From Candidatus Pelagibacter sp. (lineage in GTDB: Bacteria; Pseudomonadota; Alphaproteobacteria; Pelagibacterales; Pelagibacteraceae), in assembly GCA_045566055.1 (NCBI GenBank), contig JBJLED010000018.1, forward strand, positions 1-45,148: a stretch of DNA of 45,148 nucleotides, in the 5' to 3' direction. The first letter of the stretch is position 1. Every line of letters starts with the position of its first letter. Shown piece after piece: positions 1 to 10,196 of this stretch. The notes below the pieces were generated by a model. The model saw nothing but the letters and a program-made list of their open reading frames with translations. It was not told where the DNA came from and did no database searches. The position numbers were made by a program, and so were the translations under genes.

Positions 1-1
1 T

Positions 2-2098
2 TTATAGAACTTCACGTTTACCAACATGATTTGCTTTACTGACAATACCTTTTTCTTCCATCATATCAATAATTCTAGCTGCTCTATTATAGCCAATTTG
101 TAATTTTCTTTGTAAGAAACTTGTTGAAGCTTTTCCCTCTGATTTAATAATATCAACTGCTTGTGAATACAGTTCGTCTTCATCTCCGTCTCCTTCTGCA
201 GCGGAAGAAGTTTCATTACTTGTATGTGCAGTTATTTCATCCATATAATCGGGCTCACCTTGTGCTCTAATGGAGTTAACAATTTTTTCTATCTCATTCT
301 CTGAAACAAACGGACCGTGAATTCTAACAATTCTGTTTGCTGAAGACATGAACAACATATCACCTTTACCCAACAATTGTTCTGCACCCTGCTCTCCTAA
401 TATTGTTCTACTATCTATTTTAGAACTTACTTGAAAAGAAACTCTTGTTGGAAAGTTTGCTTTGATTGTACCTGTAATAACATCAACACTTGGTCTTTGC
501 GTTGCCATAATAATGTGAATCCCTGCTGCTCTTGCCATTTGAGATAATTTTTGAATGTAGTTTTCTATCTCTTTGCCAGCAACAAGCATTAAGTCTGACA
601 TTTCATCAACCACTACAACGATGTAAGGCATCTTTAATTTATGTTTAGCATTGTAACCATCGATGTTTCTCACTCCAACTTTGCTCATAAGTTTGTACCT
701 GTTATTCATTTCTTTCACAGTCCAAGCCAGAGCAGATGTTGCTTTCTTTGCATCGGTGATTACTGGAGTTAATAAATGCGGAATGCCCTCGTAAGTGGAT
801 AGCTCTAGCATCTTAGGATCGATTAAAATAAATTTACAAAGATCAGGATTTAATTTGTAAAGTAATGAAACAATAATAGTATTAATACAAACTGACTTAC
901 CTGAACCTGTAGTTCCAGCAATTAATAAGTGAGGCATTGAAGTAAGATCTCCAACTATCGGCATGCCAGATATGCTTTTGCCTAGTGCTATAGGTAATTT
1001 GACATCTTTCTTTTGAAACTTTTCGTAAGAGATGATTTCTCGGAGTGATACGCTTTCCCTTGTCTCGTTTGGTATCTCGATACCTACTGTATTTTTACCA
1101 GGTATTACTGAAACCCTTGCAGATGTTGAACTAGTGTTACGTGCTAAGTCCTCGGATAAATTTATTATCTTGGAAACTTTTACACCTGGCGCTGGTTCAA
1201 ACTCATATAAACTAACAACAGGACCATTATTAATAGCTTTAATTTTTCCATCGATACCAAAATCTAAAAGAATTTTTTCCATAAATTCACCATCAGGACG
1301 ATTTTTATTTAATTCTGATGCACTAAGTTTTGTGGAACTTTTGTCTAAATAATCTATCGCCGGCAGTTTATATTTTGATCTTAAACTAGTTGTTGGTTTT
1401 TCTGATTTAGATAAGCCACTAAATGAAAATGATTGTTGCGGTCTTTCAATGATTTCACTTTTCTCTTCTATAGGATCTGCTTCTAAATTCACATCAGGAA
1501 TAGAATTTTCTTTTCTCCTGAACAACGAAGCAATTATTGAAAAAATCCCAGTAATAATTAACTTTATATTTAAATCAGCAGAAAAAATAAAAAAGATCAG
1601 AGTTAGTAATAACAAACTGTAAGCAGAATATGTATTATCAATATATGGAAACCATTTGCTTAAAAATTCATAACCAATCTTTCCAACAAAACCCGAGTTG
1701 CCATTATCGATAAGCCAGAACGAATTGTTAAAAGTAATATAAATAAAAATAGTACCTAAGACTAAATATGAAACTACTAGAAATAATTTTAAAATTATTC
1801 TTTTGATTTCTTTCTTAATTATTAAATTAATTCCCCAAAATAAAAAATTAGCCAAAATTAAAAATGAAACGAGACCAAAACTCTGTAATAGAAAATCAGC
1901 TATGCTACTTCCATAGATCCCAAAGAAATTTTTTATCTCAAATTCTCTATCACCATAGACTAATGAAGGATCTTCTGGTGAATACGTCGTAAAAGCTATT
2001 GCTAGACCAATACTCGTCGAAATTAAGATTAATCCTATAAATTCAAAGGTTCGTTTTTTTAAAAAATTTGTTAAACTGTTTAAAAAGTTTGTATTCAT
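2..2098 (-). CDS. ftsK: DNA translocase FtsK
   Basis: N-terminal multi-TM domain, Walker A GTTGSGKS, ATQRPSVDVITG, C-terminal gamma domain (LQRKLQIGYNRAARIID); stop TAA at 2-4. Confidence 0.97.
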   Translation of the reverse strand: MNTNFLNSLTNFLKKRTFEFIGLILISTSIGLAIAFTTYSPEDPSLVYGDREFEIKNFFGIYGSSIADFLLQSFGLVSFLILANFLFWGINLIIKKEIKRIILKLFLVVSYLVLGTIFIYITFNNSFWLIDNGNSGFVGKIGYEFLSKWFPYIDNTYSAYSLLLLTLIFFIFSADLNIKLIITGIFSIIASLFRRKENSIPDVNLEADPIEEKSEIIERPQQSFSFSGLSKSEKPTTSLRSKYKLPAIDYLDKSSTKLSASELNKNRPDGEFMEKILLDFGIDGKIKAINNGPVVSLYEFEPAPGVKVSKIINLSEDLARNTSSTSARVSVIPGKNTVGIEIPNETRESVSLREIISYEKFQKKDVKLPIALGKSISGMPIVGDLTSMPHLLIAGTTGSGKSVCINTIIVSLLYKLNPDLCKFILIDPKMLELSTYEGIPHLLTPVITDAKKATSALAWTVKEMNNRYKLMSKVGVRNIDGYNAKHKLKMPYIVVVVDEMSDLMLVAGKEIENYIQKLSQMARAAGIHIIMATQRPSVDVITGTIKANFPTRVSFQVSSKIDSRTILGEQGAEQLLGKGDMLFMSSANRIVRIHGPFVSENEIEKIVNSIRAQGEPDYMDEITAHTSNETSSAAEGDGDEDELYSQAVDIIKSEGKASTSFLQRKLQIGYNRAARIIDMMEEKGIVSKANHVGKREVL

Positions 2099-2154
2099 AT
2101 CGAATCGTTTTACGTACTTTTTACCATTTTTATGAAAGTGAGAAAAATTTTAAT

Positions 2155-3252
2155 ATGAAAAAACAAAGAATTTGTGTAGTTGGAGACGGTCTTTCGGGTT
2201 TAATGGCTGCTTTATCATTGAATAAATTAGAAGGCTTAGAAGTTCACTTAATATCGAGAAAAAATAACCCTTCTAAAGACAAAAGAACAACAGCTATTTC
2301 TGCCTCTAACTATGAGTTTTTTAATAAAGTCATACACAATCTTGAAAAGAAATTATTTTGGCCTTCTAAAAAGATCGATCTTTTTTACGAGACAAAAGAT
2401 CAGAACATGAATTTCTTAAACTTTAATGAAGATAACAAAAATCTTATGTATGTTTTTGAGAATGACAAAATCAAAGAAATTTTAATTAAAGAAATTAAAA
2501 AGAATAAAATCAAAACTCTTCACAAAAATATAAATGAATTAAAATGCCTAGATAGTTATGATATAAAAATATTATGCCTAGGCAGAGCTTCAAAAATCTA
2601 TCAAAGTGTAGTTGATAAAAGATCGTTAAATAAAGATTACAAAGAAATCGCTATCATAGGATACGTTAAGCATAAATTAAAAGATTTGAATACTGCCCAA
2701 TATTTTTTGAAAGAAGGACCCTTAGCTATACTCCCCTTTTCAAAAAATAATTTTTCTTTTGTTTGGAGTGTAGATAAAAAGTTTTTAAAAAAAGATATTA
2801 ATTCAGTCGTTAAAACAAAAATTTGCGAAGTTTTAAAAACAAAAAAAATACAGATATCTAATCAACAATCATATCCATTGATGCTCAATTTAAAACGAAC
2901 CTATTATAAAAATGATATTCTTATCTTAGGTGAAGGACTGCACACAGTTCATCCTGTAGCTGGTCAAGGCTTTAATCTTGTATTAAGAGATATTAATAAA
3001 TTACAAAAGATTTTTAAATATTATACAGAGTTAGGCATGTCTTTAAAAAGCACCACTGCTCTTGAAGAATTTACTAATAATAGGAAATCTGAGAATATTA
3101 TTACCGGTATAGGAATTGATCTAACTCATAATTTCTTTAAACAAAATAAATTATTAGATCCATTTAAAGAAACAATTTTGAAAAATATCTCAAAAAATAG
3201 TACTCTTAAAAAAATAAGTAAATTTATTTCTAATCAAGGTTTATCAATTTAA
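2155..3252 (+). CDS. UbiH/UbiF-family FAD-dependent hydroxylase (ubiquinone biosynthesis)
   Basis: GDGLSG Rossmann motif, RTTAIS, HTVHPVAGQGFNLVLRD; start moved to ATG 2155 to avoid overlap with ftsK. Confidence 0.88.
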   Translation: MKKQRICVVGDGLSGLMAALSLNKLEGLEVHLISRKNNPSKDKRTTAISASNYEFFNKVIHNLEKKLFWPSKKIDLFYETKDQNMNFLNFNEDNKNLMYVFENDKIKEILIKEIKKNKIKTLHKNINELKCLDSYDIKILCLGRASKIYQSVVDKRSLNKDYKEIAIIGYVKHKLKDLNTAQYFLKEGPLAILPFSKNNFSFVWSVDKKFLKKDINSVVKTKICEVLKTKKIQISNQQSYPLMLNLKRTYYKNDILILGEGLHTVHPVAGQGFNLVLRDINKLQKIFKYYTELGMSLKSTTALEEFTNNRKSENIITGIGIDLTHNFFKQNKLLDPFKETILKNISKNSTLKKISKFISNQGLSI

Positions 3253-3256
3253 TTCA

Positions 3257-4585
3257 ATGAACATTTACGCTCTTTCATCAGGCAGAGGTCCGTCAGGAAT
3301 AGCTATAGTTAGAGTCTCAGGTAAAGACACTCTTAAAGTTTGTAAAAACTTAACTAAACTAAAAGAAATTAATTCAAATGAAGTAAATTATTGTAAATTT
3401 TATGATCCAAAAAACGATCAAATAATAGATCCAGAGGCTCTATTATTGTGGTTTCCTGGGCCTAATAGCTATACCGGTGATGATTTAGCTGAGTTTCAAG
3501 TTCATGGAAGTAACGCTGTTATCAACGCATTATTAAAGGCACTATCAGAGCAAGAAAATTGTAGATTAGCTGAACCAGGTGAATTTACGAAGATAGCTTT
3601 TCAAAATAATAAAATTGATCTTTTAAAAGCTGAAAGTATAGGTGATTTAATCCATGCTGAAACAGAGCTTCAAAGAGATCAAGCTGTTAAATTAGTTCAA
3701 GGTAATGCTTCAAATTATTATAATGAATTAAGAGAAAAATTAATAAAATCCTTATCTTATATCGAAGCTAAGATAGATTTTGCTGAGGATGATTTACCAG
3801 AAAAAGTTTTAAAAGAAGTTCAAAACTCTATTAAAGAAATTCATAAAGATATTCATAAGATAATAGAGGACAATAAAATAGGAGAAAAGATAAGAGATGG
3901 TTTTAAAGTTTCTATAACAGGTGAAGTAAATGCAGGCAAATCTTCCCTTTTAAATTTGATAGCGAAAAGAGATGTAGCTATTGTTTCAGATGAAGCTGGA
4001 ACTACAAGAGATGTAATTGAGACATATTTGAATATAGATGGTTACCCTGTTATCCTAGCTGATACTGCAGGTATAAGAGATGCTAAAAACGAGATTGAAA
4101 AAAAAGGTATATCTTTAGCTTTAGGAAAATCAAAAGAAGCTGATTTAAATATTGTTGTTATAGATAATTCTTCAAAAAGCATAAACAATGAAATTAAAAA
4201 AATGATCAATAAAGACACGATAGTTTTACTTAATAAATCAGACGTACAAAATAAGCAAAATCAAAAATTTGATGCAGATACGGTGCTGGCGTCAGTTAAA
4301 GAAAATAAAAATATTGATATTTTGATAAAAAAAATAAAAGAAAAATTAAGTAAAAAATTCACATCCAATAATACTGCTTTAATCACAAGAGAAAGACATA
4401 GAATTAAACTTAATCAATGTTTAAAAGAAATAGATAACTTTCTTAAAAAAGATCAGAATAAAGATCTTGAATTAGCTGCCGAAGACTTAAGAATGGCTAC
4501 ACGACATCTTGGAAATATTGTCGGTAAGGTTGACGTCGAAGAAATCCTTGGATCAATATTTAAAGACTTTTGTATTGGTAAATAA
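3257..4585 (+). CDS. mnmE: tRNA U34 modification GTPase MnmE
   Basis: GEVNAGKSS, GTTRD, DTAG, NKSD, C-terminal FCIGK. Confidence 0.98.
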   Translation: MNIYALSSGRGPSGIAIVRVSGKDTLKVCKNLTKLKEINSNEVNYCKFYDPKNDQIIDPEALLLWFPGPNSYTGDDLAEFQVHGSNAVINALLKALSEQENCRLAEPGEFTKIAFQNNKIDLLKAESIGDLIHAETELQRDQAVKLVQGNASNYYNELREKLIKSLSYIEAKIDFAEDDLPEKVLKEVQNSIKEIHKDIHKIIEDNKIGEKIRDGFKVSITGEVNAGKSSLLNLIAKRDVAIVSDEAGTTRDVIETYLNIDGYPVILADTAGIRDAKNEIEKKGISLALGKSKEADLNIVVIDNSSKSINNEIKKMINKDTIVLLNKSDVQNKQNQKFDADTVLASVKENKNIDILIKKIKEKLSKKFTSNNTALITRERHRIKLNQCLKEIDNFLKKDQNKDLELAAEDLRMATRHLGNIVGKVDVEEILGSIFKDFCIGK

Positions 4586-4593
4586 AATACCTC

Positions 4594-4621
4594 TTGTATT
4601 CCTAATATACGGCGTTACATT
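4594..4621 (+). promoter_or_regulatory. candidate sigma70 promoter for mnmG-rsmG-parAB
   Basis: TTGTAT-N16-TACATT ending 6 nt before the mnmG ATG. Confidence 0.4.
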
Positions 4622-4627
4622 CATCTT

Positions 4628-6496
4628 ATGATTAAACAAAGCTATGATGTTGCAGTAATAGGTGGTGGGCATGCTGGATGTGAGGCAGCAGCAGCATCCG
4701 CTAGAATGGGCGTAAATACTGCCCTTTTTACACATAAAATAGAAACAATTGGTGAGATGTCGTGCAATCCTGCTATCGGAGGACTTGGAAAAGGGCATCT
4801 AGTAAGAGAAATAGATGCTTTAGATGGTGTAATGGGTGTTGTGGCTGATAAATCAGGTATTCAATTTAGATTACTAAACAGAAGTAGGGGTCCAGCAGTG
4901 CAGGGGCCACGTACTCAGTCAGATAGAGCTCTTTACAAACAGCATATGCAAAAGATTTTACTAAATTACAAAAATTTAGAGGTCATAGCAGATCCTATCA
5001 TCAAATTTCTGTTTGAAGGCGATAAAGTAATCGGTTTTGTTTGTCAAAGTGGAAAAGAGATAAGAACAAAACAACTAATCTTAACTACCGGTACATTTCT
5101 TAATGGGTTAATACATATAGGTGAAACTCAAATACCAGCGGGTAGGTATGATGAAAAGCCATCTACAGGGTTAAGTGAGCAATTAGCAAAATTTAAAATG
5201 CAAATAGGAAGACTAAAAACAGGAACTCCACCTAGACTAGACGGTAGTACAATTAATTACGATGATTTAGAAATGCAGCCAGCAGATGATGATCATTACT
5301 ACTTTTCTTTCCTTACAAACAAAATTGATAACAAACAAATCAAATGCGGTATGACTTATACTAATAACGAAGTCCACAAAATTATTAGTGATAATATTTC
5401 TCGAAGCGCAATGTATTCGGGGAACATTAAAGGTGTAGGACCACGTTATTGCCCATCTATTGAAGATAAAATTGTAAAGTTCAAAGAGAAACAACAGCAT
5501 CAAATCTTTCTTGAACCCGAAGGATTAAAGGACAATACTATTTACCCAAATGGCATATCTACTTCTCTTCCAGAGGAGATTCAGCTTAAAATATTGGCTA
5601 AAATTAAGGGTTTAGAACATGTTAAGATGAAAAGGGCAGGGTATGCTATAGAGTATGATTATGTGGATCCAAGAGAGCTTAACGCTACGTTAGAAACTAA
5701 AAAAATAAAGTCATTATTTTTAGCAGGACAAATTAACGGTACTACTGGTTATGAAGAAGCAGCAGCTCAAGGTATGATCGCTGGTATTAATGCAGCTTTA
5801 AAAATCAAAAATAAATCTGATTTTGTTTTAGATAGATCAACTTCTTACATTGGTGTGATGATTGATGATTTAATAACTAAAGGTGTTACAGAACCTTATC
5901 GTATGTTTACCTCTAGAGCAGAATATAGATTAACTTTAAGAGCTGATAATGCAGATCAGAGATTAACAGATTTTGGTATAAATTTAGATTTAGTAGGATC
6001 TGAAAGAGAAAAAATATTCTTAGAAAAGAAAAAAAATATTTACTTACTAAATAATTTCTTAGAAACAAAATTCTTAACTCCTAATGAAGCAAAAAAATAT
6101 GATATAAAAATTGCTATGGATGGAGTCAAAAGATCTTGTTTAGAAGTTATGGGCCAACGAAAAGTAAATATGGCGAAGATAAGGCAAATATTTAGTGACA
6201 TACCTGTATTTCCTGACTCACTAGAAAAGCAGGTTGTAATAGATGCCCACTACATGGGTTATTTAAAGAGACAGGAGCGAGATATTAAATCTTTTAAGAA
6301 AGATGAGTCTGTTATCATCCCTAATAATATAAATTATAAAAATTTAAGTGGTTTATCAAACGAAGTTAGGTCGAAGCTGATATCTATAAGGCCTAAAACG
6401 TTAGGACAAGCTATTAGAATAGATGGTATTACTCCTGCAGCTATAATAATCTTGTTATCTCACATAAAAAAGCTAAAATTTAAAGCTACTGCTTAA
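4628..6496 (+). CDS. mnmG: tRNA uridine 5-carboxymethylaminomethyl modification enzyme MnmG (GidA)
   Basis: [43 protein letters not shown]. Confidence 0.98.
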   Translation: MIKQSYDVAVIGGGHAGCEAAAASARMGVNTALFTHKIETIGEMSCNPAIGGLGKGHLVREIDALDGVMGVVADKSGIQFRLLNRSRGPAVQGPRTQSDRALYKQHMQKILLNYKNLEVIADPIIKFLFEGDKVIGFVCQSGKEIRTKQLILTTGTFLNGLIHIGETQIPAGRYDEKPSTGLSEQLAKFKMQIGRLKTGTPPRLDGSTINYDDLEMQPADDDHYYFSFLTNKIDNKQIKCGMTYTNNEVHKIISDNISRSAMYSGNIKGVGPRYCPSIEDKIVKFKEKQQHQIFLEPEGLKDNTIYPNGISTSLPEEIQLKILAKIKGLEHVKMKRAGYAIEYDYVDPRELNATLETKKIKSLFLAGQINGTTGYEEAAAQGMIAGINAALKIKNKSDFVLDRSTSYIGVMIDDLITKGVTEPYRMFTSRAEYRLTLRADNADQRLTDFGINLDLVGSEREKIFLEKKKNIYLLNNFLETKFLTPNEAKKYDIKIAMDGVKRSCLEVMGQRKVNMAKIRQIFSDIPVFPDSLEKQVVIDAHYMGYLKRQERDIKSFKKDESVIIPNNINYKNLSGLSNEVRSKLISIRPKTLGQAIRIDGITPAAIIILLSHIKKLKFKATA

Positions 6497-6772
6497 TGCA
6501 GGATAAAGAAGTTATAAGCACTCTTCAAAATCAGCTTAACTATAGTGAAAAAAATATATCAGATATTAAAATATTTATAAATGAATTGCTTAAAGCTAAT
6601 AAAAAGCATAATTTAATCTCTAAAAGCACTGAAAACGTAATTTGGCACAGACATATCCTTGACTCAGCTCAATTAGTAAAATTTATTGACTTTTCAAAAG
6701 GTTCTTTGTCGGATTTAGGCACTGGAGCTGGCTTTCCAGGCTTGATTTTAGCTTTATTTAACAAAAATAAGA

Positions 6773-6788
6773 ACTTTCACGTGAAATT
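6773..6788. promoter_or_regulatory. parS-like site 1
   Basis: acTTTCACGTGAAAtt, 12/16 match to TGTTTCACGTGAAACA, upstream of parAB. Confidence 0.7.
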
Positions 6789-6945
6789 ATATGAAAAATC
6801 ACCAGTAAAAAAAGCTTTTTTGAAAAATATAAGTGATAGATTATCACTTAATATAGAGATACGTGGAGATATTGTTTAACGAGGATTCCATCGACACAGA
6901 CTACATAGTCAGTAGAGCCTTTAAGAAACTAGAAACAATAATACA

Positions 6946-6961
6946 AGTTTCACGTGAAATC
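6946..6961. promoter_or_regulatory. parS-like site 2
   Basis: aGTTTCACGTGAAAtc, 13/16 match to the parS consensus. Confidence 0.75.
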
Positions 6962-7110
6962 GTAAAAAAGTCCCATAAATTGATAATTCTAAAAGGTCAA
7001 AACGCACAGGAAGATTTAAAAAAAGCTTTCAATAAGGGAAAATACGATTATAAACTTGAAAACAGTATAACAAATGAAGAATCTAAAATAATTATAGTCG
7101 ATTTTAAAAA

Positions 7111-7896
7111 ATGACGACAACAATTTCTGTTATTAATCAAAAAGGCGGGGTAGGAAAAACAACAACAGTAATAAATTTAGCCGCTTCATTGTCCATTTTG
7201 GGTCAAACAAATCTTGTTATTGATTTAGATCCACAGGGAAACGCTACAACAGGATTTGGCAAAAGCAATAGTGATGAAGATAAAAATATTTACAATTTAT
7301 TGATCAAAAAAATTAGTCTTGGGCAGGCAATACAAAAAACTAATATACAAAATTTAGATATCGTAGGATCACACGTAAATTTATCTGGTTTAGAAGTTGA
7401 AACAGCGAGCGACTCAAAGAGAGCATTTGTTTTAAAAGAAATACTATCGTCAGAAAAATCGGGATTTCTAAAAAAATATGACAACATATTTATAGATTGT
7501 CCTCCGTCTTTAAGCTTGCTCACTATCATGTCTTTAGTTGCATCAGATGAGTTATTAGTTCCTTTGCAAACAGAGTTCTTTGCCTTGGAGGGTATTACAC
7601 AGTTAGTTAAAACAATTGATAGAATAAAAGAAAATCTTAATCCAGCACTTTCAATAAGAGGAATTCTTTTAACTATGTTTGACAAAAGAAACAAACTTTC
7701 ATCGGAAGTAGACAGAGAAGCAAGAAACTATTTTAAAGACAAAGTATATAAAACTGTCATTCAAAGAAATGTAAGATTGTCAGAAGCTCCATCACATGGG
7801 TTGCCTTGCGTTATTTATGATAAAAGTTGTGTTGGAAGTAAGTCATATTTCAAATTAGCCGAAGAATTTAAAAACAAAATAGAGAGCGCTGCATGA
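7111..7896 (+). CDS. parA: chromosome partitioning ATPase ParA
   Basis: Deviant Walker A KGGVGKTT, DLDPQGN, IDCPPS. Confidence 0.97.
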   Translation: MTTTISVINQKGGVGKTTTVINLAASLSILGQTNLVIDLDPQGNATTGFGKSNSDEDKNIYNLLIKKISLGQAIQKTNIQNLDIVGSHVNLSGLEVETASDSKRAFVLKEILSSEKSGFLKKYDNIFIDCPPSLSLLTIMSLVASDELLVPLQTEFFALEGITQLVKTIDRIKENLNPALSIRGILLTMFDKRNKLSSEVDREARNYFKDKVYKTVIQRNVRLSEAPSHGLPCVIYDKSCVGSKSYFKLAEEFKNKIESAA

Positions 7897-8747
7897 GTGG
7901 AAAAAAAAAAGGTCTAGGCCGAGGATTATCAGCTTTATTCGGTGATGAAGAACCTAAGGATAAACCACAAGAAATTATAAAACCTAATACTGTCTCCATT
8001 AGTGATTTAAGCCGAAATCCCTACCAGCCACGACAGCTATTTAGAGAAGATAAACTAGAAGAATTGGCAAATTCTATAAGGCAAAATGGAATTATTCAGC
8101 CAATAGCTGTTCGTCCGAAAAAAACAGAAAATGGCAAATTTCAAATTGTGGCCGGAGAAAGAAGGTGGTTGGCCGCTCAAAGAGCCGGACTTCATGAGAT
8201 ACCTGTTATTATTTTGGATTTAAGTGATGTTGAATCATTGGAAGTTGCAATAGTAGAAAATATTCAAAGAGACGATCTCAATCCAATAGAGGAGGCGCGC
8301 GGGTACAAAAGATTAAATGAAGAATTTAAATATGATCACGAGAGTATATCAAAATTAATGTCAAAAAGTAGAAGCCACGTAAGCAATATATTAAGATTAT
8401 TAACTCTTCCAAAGGATGTAGTTGCAATGCTAGAAGAAGGAAGTCTAACATCAGGACAAGCCAGGCCTTTAATTGGGTTATCAAATGCTTCTTCTGTTGC
8501 TGAAGAAATTGTATCAAAAAATTATAGTGCTAGAAAAGTTGAGTATTTGGTAAAATCTAAAAAAAATTCAGGAACTAATACTAAAGTTTATGATGCAAAT
8601 GTAATTAAAGCCCAGGAGCGTATTGAAAAATTACTTGGTTTAAAGGTTCATATACATAACAAAAAAAATAATAGTGGAAAAATAACGATAGAATATAAGG
8701 ATTTAGAACAATTTGAGTTAGTGTCTGATTTGCTCACTAAGCGTTAG
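7893..8747 (+). CDS. parB: chromosome partitioning protein ParB
   Basis: LGRGLSAL, NPYQPR, GERRW, ENIQRDDL, HTH region KSRSHVSN. Confidence 0.97.
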   Translation: MSGKKKGLGRGLSALFGDEEPKDKPQEIIKPNTVSISDLSRNPYQPRQLFREDKLEELANSIRQNGIIQPIAVRPKKTENGKFQIVAGERRWLAAQRAGLHEIPVIILDLSDVESLEVAIVENIQRDDLNPIEEARGYKRLNEEFKYDHESISKLMSKSRSHVSNILRLLTLPKDVVAMLEEGSLTSGQARPLIGLSNASSVAEEIVSKNYSARKVEYLVKSKKNSGTNTKVYDANVIKAQERIEKLLGLKVHIHNKKNNSGKITIEYKDLEQFELVSDLLTKR

Positions 8748-9726
8748 CTAAATTACATATATCTACTATAAGCTTTTTTATAATAATATTTTTATCAATT
8801 GTAGAAGTGGTTTTAATTTTTATCTCTAAATTATAGATATCGCTTTGAACTTTTTTTATTCTTTTAATATTCCATTTTTTTAATTGTTCTAATATTATAG
8901 GTTTTTCCTTCCAGAATATTGGGGGTTTAATACTATTTAAAATTTGCTCAATATTTTTGTCCTTTTGGAGTTCACAAATTGATAATAGTTTACCAAATCT
9001 TTGATTAACAAATGCAAGATAATAGGTGCTTTTATCTGCATCTATAATGGAATTATTTAGTAGTTTATTGGTGTTAGTTTTATCACCTTTAATGGCCATA
9101 TCTCTTAATGCATTAAAATCATCATGAACTTTAACATTCAAAAGAGACATCAATTCCTCTTTTTTCAAATTTTTATCCTGAAAAAAAAGATTTATTTTGT
9201 TTAATTCATTATTGAGCTTAACCCTGTCATTATTACAATTTTCAGTTATCAAATTTATATTTTCTGGACTCAATCCTTTGAAGTTCTTAAGTTTATTTAA
9301 AATGATATTTTTAATACTAATTTCATTATCCAGATAACAAGGGATAATTGCATGTCTTTTAGATTTTTCAAAAAAGCTTCTTAATTTTGATTTCTTATCT
9401 AAAAGACTAGAAAATAAATAAATTTTTTGTTGATCTATTTTTTGCCCAATTTCCTCTATTATTGATAAAATTTTATCGTTTGCATTATTTATAAAAAAAA
9501 TTTTTTTTTTTTCAAAAAGAGAAAAATTTAAAACTTCTTTAAAAAAATGTTCTGTGTTTTTTATAATATCATCATTATCAAATTTAATTATTTCAACCTC
9601 TGAATTAGCTGTTTTTATGTTTTCTTTAAAATCATTTAGCATCCCAAGGTTCTCACCATAGAAAAGTACGAATTTATCTTTAATGTGATCGATATTTTTC
9701 TCTACTAAATAACTTTTATAAATCAT
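8737..9726 (-). CDS. holA: DNA polymerase III delta subunit
   Basis: LFYGEN, SLF motif, KSKLR, PPIFWK; leuS-lptE-holA synteny. Confidence 0.88.
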   Translation of the reverse strand: MIYKSYLVEKNIDHIKDKFVLFYGENLGMLNDFKENIKTANSEVEIIKFDNDDIIKNTEHFFKEVLNFSLFEKKKIFFINNANDKILSIIEEIGQKIDQQKIYLFSSLLDKKSKLRSFFEKSKRHAIIPCYLDNEISIKNIILNKLKNFKGLSPENINLITENCNNDRVKLNNELNKINLFFQDKNLKKEELMSLLNVKVHDDFNALRDMAIKGDKTNTNKLLNNSIIDADKSTYYLAFVNQRFGKLLSICELQKDKNIEQILNSIKPPIFWKEKPIILEQLKKWNIKRIKKVQSDIYNLEIKIKTTSTIDKNIIIKKLIVDICNLANA

Positions 9727-10186
9727 TCAACTGATTAGATAATTCTCTTTTAATTTTAGTTGATATTTTGTCTGTTAAATTATCAATAATTTGTGATTGA
9801 TTTTTTAATGTTTTTGAATATTTTTTGGCAACCGGATAATCCCCAGATACTAATACCTCAAAATTACCAGTCTTATTATTATTCAAAACTTGGTAATTTA
9901 CTTTAGTTTTGATTTCTAACTTGTACTTAGTGATTACATTATTTTCGTTTTTTTCTTTTATTGAGTTTTTACTCTCAGAAAACAGGTTTATGATTATTTC
10001 TTTTTCACTATTTTCACTAGAAATTATTTTAATACTTTTTTTTAGTTTATAATTAATTTTATTTTCTCCTGTGGCAACTATGTCGCTAATCTTGAAATTA
10101 TTTAACTTTGAGTAATCAACAACTTTAAACCCACAGTTGGTAAGCAAAAACATAATTGCAACAATAATGAATTTATATGTATTCAT
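9716..10186 (-). CDS. lptE: LPS assembly lipoprotein LptE-like
   Basis: Lipobox LLTNC followed by GF; lies between leuS and holA. Confidence 0.75.
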   Translation of the reverse strand: MNTYKFIIVAIMFLLTNCGFKVVDYSKLNNFKISDIVATGENKINYKLKKSIKIISSENSEKEIIINLFSESKNSIKEKNENNVITKYKLEIKTKVNYQVLNNNKTGNFEVLVSGDYPVAKKYSKTLKNQSQIIDNLTDKISTKIKRELSNQLNDL

Positions 10187-10196
10187 ATGAAATAAT

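Larger units (their letters stand above)
6496..7114 (+). pseudogene. rsmG: 16S rRNA m7G527 methyltransferase RsmG (GidB), split by a +1 frameshift at about 6874-6879
   Basis: ORF 6496-6879 has RHILDS and DLGTGAGFPG; ORF 6863-7114 has VSRAF and LKG; joined length about 205 aa; canonical position between mnmG and parA. May be a sequence error rather than a pseudogene. Confidence 0.85.

Noticed and set aside
2068-2154. Extended N-terminus of the UbiH-like ORF
   Set aside because: It overlaps the ftsK start, and the Rossmann motif begins just after ATG 2155.
3257-8747. Replication origin near mnmE-parAB
   Set aside because: No intergenic space or DnaA-box cluster is visible; only scattered partial matches inside genes.
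9493-9512. A8/T12 homopolymer tract in holA as a phase-variation site
   Set aside because: The frame is intact, the gene is essential, and such runs are common at this AT content.
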